64,000 nt of DNA, taken from positions 41,044,001 through 41,108,000 of the forward strand of contig OX597826.1 in the NCBI GenBank assembly GCA_951406725.2, in the 5' to 3' direction. The translations under genes and the position numbers were made by a program. The notes beneath the pieces are model-generated. The model made no database searches. It was given only the letters and a program-made list of their open reading frames with translations, and was not told the DNA's origin. Positions 54,411 to 64,000 of this stretch are shown in pieces; the stretch's first letter is position 1, and each line of letters opens with the position of its first letter. The DNA is from Octopus vulgaris (lineage: Eukaryota).

Positions 54411-55249
54411 CATTCACCTCATTAAAACTAAGTTCTGGAAGCACTGTATTTATTGCACTTTTCACCCACATGTTAGTTTCCCACCACCACCACTGAACCA
54501 AACTACCTCTCATCATGCCTAACTATACCCTGCTGCTGCAACCTACCCCACCTTATTTCTCATTACTCTCTTGCCACTCCTCTACCTTGCTCTCCTCAGC
54601 ATCCTTCTACCTTGCCCAGCTTTTGACTGTGATATCACCCTTCAATCCTACCCAATTTTTACAAACCCCCACTCTGCTGACTTCTATTCCTCTCATACAT
54701 TGTAGGGATCACCTGGACACCTCGTCCTTACTATCTCATCACAGTTCATACTGATCATTCTTTCTCTCTCCTCTACTTAATGTGAGTAGCCATGCAGCTC
54801 TTCTACAAGAACCAGTTCTGTCACCCACTTCTCATGTACTCTAACCCATCATCTCCTAGCATAAAGCTGACTTCACTTAGAGTTAATAGACTTACAATTT
54901 GCATGGCAACCTCACTAGAGCTGGTGGTACAAAAAAAAATCATCCAGGACATGCTATAAAGTGGTTGGCATTAAGAAGGGCATCCAGCCCCAGAAACATG
55001 CTGAAGCAAACACTTGAACATGATGCAGTCCTTGGACCCTCTAGATCTTGTCAAACTATCCAACCCATGCCAACATGGAACATTGATGTTAAATGATGAT
55101 GATGATGTAAACAGACCTTTCTAATGGGGCCAATTTACTCAAATTCATTCACAGAATAAAAATTTAATACAATAATGATTTTCTATTTTACCAATTCCTG
55201 TTGAGTATTTTTAATAGTTCAAACTATTTTATAATTGCAAATGAAACTG

Positions 55250-56150
55250 GGTGGTTAAAACCTGTAGGGATCAGTGCTGATGGGGTTTCTTCAATATCAG
55301 GAAAATACAAGACTGAAGGCTCATTATTAAAGCTATGATACTAAGTGCCAAATGGACATTGCAGCAGACATGAAGAATTGATAGCAAGTACCAAGCAAAG
55401 CTGAAGATGATACTGGATGAGGCAGTGAATGTAGTTGATTTTATTAATATCCTTTAAATTGCCATATTTTTAGTGTTTGCTGCAAGATATGTGCAGTACT
55501 TCCAAACACATATTCTCAGGTGGTTAGGTGCTTACTTGCATACCTGAGTTACATGATGAAATACAATATTTCTTCATAAATTATTCCATGGTAGTGAATA
55601 TCTCAATTTTTCATGGCTAACTACTAAGGCTTATACATCTCCCATTTTTACATATTTGAATGGCCTAAAATAAAATCTTGAAGGTAGACTCCCAAGTATT
55701 TTTAAGGCTGGAGTAGAAGACCTGGTCAGGAAATTAGATTTGTGGTTGAAAGTCAGTCAAAAAAGTCTTTGAATACTTTCTGGACATTCTGTGACTTTTT
55801 TGCAAAGTCTAACCCCTAAGAAATAAGAAACCTTTAAAATCAATTTTTGCAAAATTTAAAGGACAATTTTAAGGATTATTTTTCCCCTTCTTGATACCAA
55901 TAATAAGTGAATCAGGGATAGATTTCATGTAGTTGTAAATACCATAAAATATTTTACTTCAATTGAAGAAAACAAACTTTAACGTCTTTTTGAGAAACCT
56001 CATTGAGGTTAATCTTCATTCAGTATGGCTTCTCAAACTTTTAGTTACCTTCAAAAAGAATACCTATCTAACTAATATTTAAAGCACTGAGATATTTAAT
56101 GCTATTCCTCAATACATATTTATATGAGCACACTTTCCCTTAGCTGTTTT
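55250..56150 (+). mobile_element. Highly decayed hAT Charlie/Buster-type transposase
   Basis: GISADGVSSISGKY, AKWT, RHE and LKMILDEAVNVVDFI pieces in shifting frames. Confidence 0.55.
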
Positions 56151-58010
56151 ATATAATACAGGATTAACAATGCTAATAATAATAATAATAATCCTTTCTA
56201 ATATTGGCACAAGGCCTGAAATTCTGGGGGAGGGGCAAGTCGATTACATGGATCCCAGGGTTCAACAAATACTTATTTTATCGATCCTGAAAGGATAAAA
56301 AGTAAAGTCAACCTTAGCAGAATTTGAACTCAGGACATAAAGACAGATGAAACGCTGCTAAGCAATTTGCCCAGCATGCTAATAATTCTGCCAACAAAAC
56401 CTTTACTTATTGTGATGATGATGAGGAGGAGAAGAATACTAAATACAGAGTTCAGGTGCACTACAACTGCTTTAAAAACAGTAAAAGAGAGCAGAATTTG
56501 GAAACTGCTCAAACCAGTTGACCATTGAATTTGAAATGTGGAATACAGAATCAAAAACAGCATCAACCAGCTCATTAAACAAGCATCTTTTGTCTTGATT
56601 TTTTATATCTATTTAATTGCATATCCAGTATCCAGTTATATATATCTTTCCACTAAGGGATGAAACAGGAAAAACAAGTTTGTTTGAAGTTGATAAAACT
56701 GGTTCACTGAGTCTACGGACATTTCAGAAGCCTGGGAGTTCATGGGGAAAATTCATTAAAAAGGGTTTTTGAGGGAAAAGGTTCATAGTTACTGGTCACG
56801 TCATTCTGTTCACAAACAAACCTTCAAAAAGGTGGACATACAAGGCTGCAATTAGACTAAAAAATATAAGACCAGTTGATAGTGCATTGGCAGAATTGTT
56901 AGAGCATCAAACAAAATACCTTGTATTTAGTTTGGAAATTTATGTTCTGAGTTCAAATCCTGCTGAGATCAACTTCACCCTTCTAAGGTCATTAAGTACT
57001 AGATAAATGCTGAGAATCAATTTAATCAATTCACTCCTCCCCACAAAATACGTGACTGTCTGCCTATGCTAGAAATTATCATCATCATCATTGAAAGTTG
57101 GATCTATGAATTCTGTTCTGCCATATTCCTAGCCATAACAACTTTTCCAAGCCTCTCTTTAACAATAGTTAAGTACCAAAGAGCAAAAATTATTTTTTTA
57201 AAATCTAGAATAAGAACATACTACACATAAAAAATGTTTTTGAATACCATCATCTTTTAACATCCACTTTTTCATGCTCACATGGGTCAGGCAGAAATCA
57301 CTGAGATAGATTTTCTATCGTTGCATGTCCTTCTTAGTTGCCAACCCTCACCTGTTTCCAAGTAAACTAATATTTTGCCATGGCCAGAAATGTTTTCTAT
57401 AGAAGATTACAAACTAGTGGTACCACATGTATAACAGTGAAGCTCATTAACAACTATCATGTGCGATCAAGACACAAACATGCACACACCCATACATATA
57501 GATGGACAGATAGACAGATATATAAATTATATATATATATCATCATTTAATGTCAATTTTCTATGCTGGCATGATTTGGACAGTTTGACTGGGACTGGTA
57601 ACCCAGATAGCAGCACCAGGCTCCTACAGCTGGATACCCTTCCTAACATCAACTACTTTACAAAGTGTACTGAGTGTTTTTTCTGTCTTACCAGCAGGGG
57701 TGCTTTTTACATGTCATCAGGTACTGACAATGACCACAACTCACTAAGCTTGGCATTACTTCTCAAGCAATACATACACACATACAACTAAGCTATAGTA
57801 AAAGACACTTGCTCAAGGTGTTATACAGTGCAACTGAACCTGCAACCATGTGGTTGGAAAGCAGACTTCTCAACCATACACCCAAATCCATGCCTATCAT
57901 TATTTTATATTTTTATGACTTTTGTTTCCAATTTTGTTTGCCTAAAAAAATATTTATTAAAATAAGAATTTCCTTTATTTACTTAAATTAATATAAAACA
58001 AGGTCCTTAC

Positions 58011-58126
58011 TCTTGCAGACATCGTCCTGCCATCGTATGTGCGGCCCCATTTCACTAGAATTATAGTCAACAGCATATAACACAAAGAAGATACAAGAAA
58101 TGTGATGAAAAACTTTTCATGAGCAT
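58011..58126 (-). CDS. PGAP2: PGAP2 internal coding exon
   Basis: ttttttcAG|(Y)AHEKFFITFLVSSLCYMLLTIILVKWGRTYDGRTMSAR|GTAAGG; phase 1 in, phase 0 out. Confidence 0.93.
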
Positions 58127-58442
58127 CTGAAAAAAAAAATAAAAAAGGAAAAAAAAAGTGAATATAAAATCAAATCTTGAATATTATTTTATTTTAAAAT
58201 TCTTAAAATTAACTGCATTATTTTTATGCATACACACACAGACATTTAGGAATTATACATTACAACACTGTTGTTTGAATACATAGACATATCTTTCCAA
58301 GGGTAATACTCCTGCCTTTAAAAAAAGATATGATGATTCACAAATGAACTTAAACACCTACAATATCATTGTTATTCTATGAATATATTGAATTCTTTGT
58401 TATAGCTGTTCCACATTCACTATATGTACGCCTCACCGTATA

Positions 58443-58490
<48 letters not shown>

Positions 58491-59143
58491 TACTCAAACA
58501 TACACATAGTGACATCATTTAATGTCAAGACAAGAACAAAGTAATGATTACATCTGTTTCTACAATCTCAATGCAAACTATGAATAGAAAGAGAGAACAG
58601 TTTAGCCCTTTAGCATTTTATCCAACCATATCCCTCCCAAGTATTCTATCTGTTTTATGTTAAGACTGACCAGATACAACCTTTCACACCTACCCTACAA
58701 TGTCATTCTCAAATATATACAAACATACTATTGAAATCTTGAAGCTACAAGATAACATATGATGTGAATAAATAAGCAATACATTCAACAAGGAAATCTG
58801 AAGTTGACTGGGATTTCAAGTTTTACCTATTGGCTAATTCAACCCAATCAACTAGATCTTCACAATAGATTTGACTCTCTTTTCAGTAGTGAGTCACCTT
58901 ATCAGATGCACCAGCATGTAATAATGATAAAGAAGGCAGTAAAGTGGATGAAAACAAGACAATGGTGTAATAATAATAATGAAAAGAGGAATGAATATGA
59001 AAATAAAATAATAGCTTTCAAAAGAACAGCAGCCATAAATCTTCAAAATCTTCACACAAATGAATCCATTAACAAAAACAAACAACTGTCATATAATAAA
59101 TCATTATCATCATTGTAGTAATTATCAAAAAGTGTGTACTTAC

Positions 59144-59402
59144 AGTGGTTTTCATTTGATGCTACATAAGTGAGACCTAATAGAGCTAAATTTTCAATTA
59201 TGTGCAACACACATGCAATGGCTGCTAAATGTCCGTACAGTTTGTTCTTCTCAGCCAGCCTGACAGACATGTGGAAGTTATAATATGTAAATGCTACTAA
59301 GAAGCGGGGAGCACAATGAAGCCCAATACATGCTCGCCACACATATCGTTGAGGAGTAAAACCACCAATAGCTGCACTGATAGAAGGCAAGTAGTTGGGA
59401 AC
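59144..59402 (-). CDS. PGAP2: PGAP2 (post-GPI attachment to proteins factor 2, Frag1/DRAM family) internal coding exon; upstream exon(s) not found in the window
   Basis: ttcttttcAG|VPNYLPSISAAIGGFTPQRYVWRACIGLHCAPRFLVAF...ENLALLGLTYVASNENH|GTAAGT; near-identical to the PGAP2 signature. Confidence 0.96.
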
Positions 59403-60359
59403 CTGAAAAGAAAAAAATAGAATTAAAAAACAATTTAATCATGTAAGATAATTATATATATATATATATTCTTTCATTTGTTTCAGTCATTTGACTGCAG
59501 CCATGCTGGAGCACCGCCTTTATATATAAACATAAGGGTACCCAACGATAAAATATATACTAGCATCGCCTTACTGGCATGTGTAAAAGATTCAAGCGAA
59601 GTTGTTGCCAGTACCGCCTGACTGGCCCCGTGCCGGTGGCACGTAAAAGCACCCACTACACTCTCAGAGTGGTTGGCATTAGGAAGGGCATCCAGCTGTA
59701 GAAACTCTGCCAGATCAAGACTGAAGCCTGGTGCAGCCATCTGGTTCGCCAGCCCTCAGTCAAATCATCCAACCCATGCTAGCATGGAAAGCAGACGTTA
59801 AATGATGATGATGATGATGAATGTCATCATCGTTTAACATCCATTTTCCATGCTGGTATGAGTTGGACAGTTTGACAGGAGGAGCTGGTCAGCTGAAGAG
59901 CTACATGTGCTCCATGTCTGTTTCGGCATGGTTTCTACATAAAACAGAAATTGCAAACAAGAGACTCCAACTAACAACTAACACATGAAGAACCAAACCT
60001 TCCTAAGATGTTACCACCCTGTTCTTCCTCTTCTTAAGACACACCACCTTGTTTTTCCTCTACGCTGTTTGTCTCACCAACTCCTGAAATCTTTCCCAAG
60101 ACTATTCTTGCTCAAACAACCATTCCCCCACCACCACTACCACAGTGTCAGTGTAATACTAAGGAGCCAACCCCTAAACACAAATCAAGCCAACAAACCA
60201 ACAACTCCCACCTAAATTTCATTAAATTTATATCAATACAGAATTCCCAATCTTTAAGTGTCTCAGTTTAATGGACACTTAAAAGCAAAGCTGATGAGGT
60301 TTCATCAAGAAAGGAAACAGTTTAACCCATCTTTCCATCCATGGTCACAATATTTGGAA

Positions 60360-60735
60360 GCACTCCGTCGGTTACGACGATGAGGGTTCTGGTTGATCCG
60401 ATCAACGGAACAGCCTGCTTGTGAAATTAACATGTAAGTGGCTGAGCACTCCACAGACACGTGTACACTTAACGTAGTTCTCGGGGATATTCAGTGTGAC
60501 ACAGAGAGTGACAAGGCCGGCCCTTTGAAATACAGGTACAACAGAAACAGGAAGTAAGAGTGAGAGAAAGTTGTGGTGAAAGAGTACAGCAGGGATCACC
60601 ACCATCCCTGCTGGAGCCTCGTGGAGCTTTAGGTGTTTTCGCTCAATAAACACTCACAACGCCCGGTCTGGGAATCGAAACCACGATCCTACGACCGCGA
60701 GTCCGCTGTCCTAACCACTGGGCCATTGCGCCTCC
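60360..60735 (-). mobile_element. tRNA-derived SINE (third family); partial copy at about 17278-17550
   Basis: Head GGAGGCGCAATGGCCCAGTGGTTAGG...GGTTTCGATTCCC followed by a non-tRNA body. Confidence 0.8.
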
Positions 60736-61171
60736 ACTCACAATATTTACAACAGCCAACACAAACAAGAAAAAACCATTTGCTAACTGCAGTTATGAAG
60801 CTGCAACATACAGATGACAGATACAGGTGCAACAGCTGGCCAGCATCCAAAAAATGTTGGCTGTTCTCATAGCTGGCTGCATCAATTATCACAGTCCGCC
60901 AACTTCAATTTGAATTCCACCTCTGACCACTTGTTATTGTGTGGGGGATGGAACATGCCCACATCATCAGTGGCTGTTAGTTCAATATTTAGCTGATCAC
61001 TTGAGATCATTACCTATGTGTAATCCATCACCATACATTAGTGGCCTCCATCAGGATAGAAGCACAAACTGGGTGCAGTGTAATGCACCAGTGTATTTAT
61101 GGAGACTATAATACACAGCTTCCTTTTACTAAAGGTAATACCATTCCACTAGCACCCATACATACATACAT

Positions 61172-61206
<35 letters not shown>

Positions 61207-62489
61207 TCATGTATATATTTACACACACACACACTACATACATACAGTCATGCATACAAATACTTCTCCATGCATACATACACTCATGTACACATACGCA
61301 CTCATGGATACACACATGCTCACATATCCATAACTATACACTAAACAAAAATTAACTGGCATGTTTATTTATACTCTGATACACATAAACACTTTTGTAC
61401 ACCATGAATATAATACACACACATGCATATATACACAGATGCACACAAGCATATATCCACACACACACATACACAGGTTTTTAGGCAACAGAGAAGCTAA
61501 GCAAGTGCAGACTGCAGTACACTGCGTCAGATATTATTGATGTAGCAATAAATATAACAGTTGAGAACCGAAGATGAGAAATATTATTGGATTCACACAT
61601 TTCTATTTCTGTTGAAACATACACTGCAGGAATAACAGCAGCAAAAACATCAATATACGCACATGTAGGAATGAATGTATGTGTGTGTGTATGTATATAT
61701 ATATATATATATATATACATACACACACATTCATACACACATATACATGAATGCAAATATTCAATCTTCGCACTCTAAGTTCAAGGAATAGTATTTACTA
61801 ATGCAGTTTAAAAAAGTTGGCTCTGAGGACTTAATTATTATTATTATTATTACATATAAATAATAATAATGGTTTCAAATTTTGCCACAAGGGTAACAAT
61901 TTTGGGGAAGGGGTTAATTCTATTACATCGACCCTAGTGTACAACTGGTACTTATTTTATTGACCCTGAAAGGATGAAAGGCAAAGTTGACCTCAGCAAA
62001 ATTTGAACTCGGAACATAGCAGCAGATGAAATACTGCTAAGCATTTCACCCAGCATGCTAACAACTCTGCCAGCTTGCTGCCTTAATAATAATAATCCTT
62101 TTATTATAGGCACAAAGCCTGAAATTTTAGGGGAAGAAACAGTCAATTACATTAATCCCAGTGCTTGACGGGTTCTTATTTTATTGACTCGCCAGTATGA
62201 AACGCAAGCGTTAAATACTGATGATGATGATGAAGAGGGCAAAAAAGTAAAGTTGACTGCCAACAGAATTTGAACTTAGAATGTAAAGAACTGGAAGGAA
62301 TGCCACAAAGCACTTTCTCCAGTGCTCTGACAACTCTGCCAAAGAATAATAATAATGTTTAAAGAGCTTGATGTCTTACATTGGCCAGAGAGAAGAGGAG
62401 TACAGTCAATTAGTTCTCATTATTTTATCAACTCCTGGAGAATGAAAGTAAACGTCAACAAACTTTAGTTACTCACTCAACTGATGACA

Positions 62490-62915
62490 CCTTGGACAGA
62501 AATAATTACAGAGGTATCAAATTGTTGGACCAGGGATGAAAATTACCAAGAGAGTCATAGTTCAACTAATTAGGAAGAGAGTTAATCTAGAAGAGATGCA
62601 GTTTGGTTTTGTGCCAGAGAGAAGCATTACTGTTGCTATTTTCCTGGTAAGGGAACTTCAGAAGTACTTAGCCAAAAATAAACCTCTGCACTTAGCTTTT
62701 CTTGACATGGAGAAAGCCTTTGATAGGGTCCCCCTGCTCCCATATCTGGTGATCAGTGTGGAAACTAGGGATAGACGAACAGTTGGTGAGAGTTGTACAA
62801 GGATACTGTCAATATGGTGAAAGTTGGCAACGTGCGTAGCAATGAATTCAGTTTAGAGGTGGTTTACCAAGGATTGGTTCTCAACACCCCCTTATAGTCC
62901 TCCAGGCTATAACAG
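62490..62915 (+). mobile_element. RTE LINE reverse transcriptase fragment
   Basis: YRGIKLL, MQFGFVPERSITVAIF and AFLDMEKAFDRVP. Confidence 0.85.
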
Positions 62916-63067
62916 AGTTATATCCAGTGCCAGTGACATATAATAAAAAAAGACACCTGTGCCAGTGACATATAAAAAGCACCAGTGACGGTGAAACATA
63001 AAAGGCAGCTATGCCTGTAAAATAATCCAGTACACTCTGTGGAGTAGCATCCAGCTACAGAAACCAG

Positions 63068-63105
<38 letters not shown>

Positions 63106-63383
63106 CTTTGTACAGGTGTACAGTACATAAAAGCGTATTGTATTCCAGTCCTCAGTTTTGAACATTTTAGATGAGGATTTTTTCACTTGCCAAAAGACAA
63201 GGCCATCCATTTTAAGAGTGAGGTACAGTCAACAGAACAGACTGTTACAGTATATTATTCCTGCTTCTATTTATTTTACCAATAAAGACACATTAAAAAT
63301 TCCTGTGGTGGTATGAACTCAGAACTCTAAGGTACTAAACAAGACAGTTTAAAGTATGCAATTCCTGCCTTCCATGAAGACAC

Positions 63384-63733
63384 GTGGCTCTCAACAAGGA
63401 TTCATATGGCCCTGAGGGTCTATATAAGATTTTTTGAAGGTCCACACAGCAAAATAGTAAATTAAGAATCCACAATAGTATTTTAAGGGTCCCTGAAAAA
63501 ATTTTGCTTTAGATGTATGTATTGGTATGTATTGCAAGAAACAGCTAGGTTTCTTTCTCTAACATTTTACATAGTTTAACCTACACAAATTCATGTGTGA
63601 AAAACAAAATATGAATTTGAAAAGAAGTTTCTATGAAACTAGTTTTTAGACATCAAATGTTTGTGGGGGGTCTACCAGAATAAATAGTAATCAAAGGTGT
63701 CCATAGATAAAAAAAAACAGTTGAGAACCCCTG
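63384..63733. mobile_element. MER5-like hAT MITE
   Basis: Termini GTGGCTCTCAAC ... GTTGAGAACCCCTG. Confidence 0.55.
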
Positions 63734-64000
63734 ATGTAGACCATAAAACAGAAAGGGGGTATAATCAGTTAAGCTAAGTATGGACTTATTTCATTGAATA
63801 CAAAATAAAAGCTGAATGCAGCAGGATTAGATTTGAAAGTAGCTAGACAAAACTAAGAGTGTAAGGCATTAAAGCTTTTCGTACCAGTGTGTCTGTCACT
63901 TTACCACCGTCTTTCACTCAATTTTTAACATTGAGACAAACTTGGAGGGAGAGAATATTAGATTTGATTGGCCCCAGGAAGATGATGAATGACAAAAATG

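Noticed and set aside
60660-60735. tRNA gene
   Set aside because: A and B boxes are present, but there is no proper acceptor stem and it continues into a SINE body repeated elsewhere.
60689-60892. Hydrophobic, Cys-rich ORF as the missing first PGAP2 exon
   Set aside because: No T.THC motif and no suitable phase-0 donor; the first coding exon probably lies beyond 64000.

Overview
AT-rich, repeat-dense animal DNA. The SINE/LINE families and abundant microsatellites point to a coleoid cephalopod, most likely Octopus (inference). Two protein-coding genes face each other. LIAS (lipoyl synthase, + strand) has three coding exons (9456-9649, 13853-14049, 16400-17091) giving about 360 aa. PGAP2 (- strand) is 5'-incomplete, with shared exons 59144-59402, 58011-58126 and 52618-52726. 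The most interesting observation is that PGAP2 has two intact, paralogous, same-phase terminal exons about 16 kb apart (43260-43408 and 27138-27280). Both encode the last transmembrane segment, but one ends in a KxKxx ER-retrieval-type tail (..KEKKT) and the other in a hydrophobic/PDZ-type tail (..YLPV). The window also holds a promoter-bearing solo LTR antisense inside a PGAP2 intron, candidate spliced 3'UTR exons, long palindromes, a Penelope remnant with a hammerhead-like core, three Helitrons, hAT remnants, R4/Dong, RTE and Tx1/L1 LINE fragments, SINEs and MITEs. Splice models come from reading GT-AG sites and codon phase by eye; there is no transcript evidence here.
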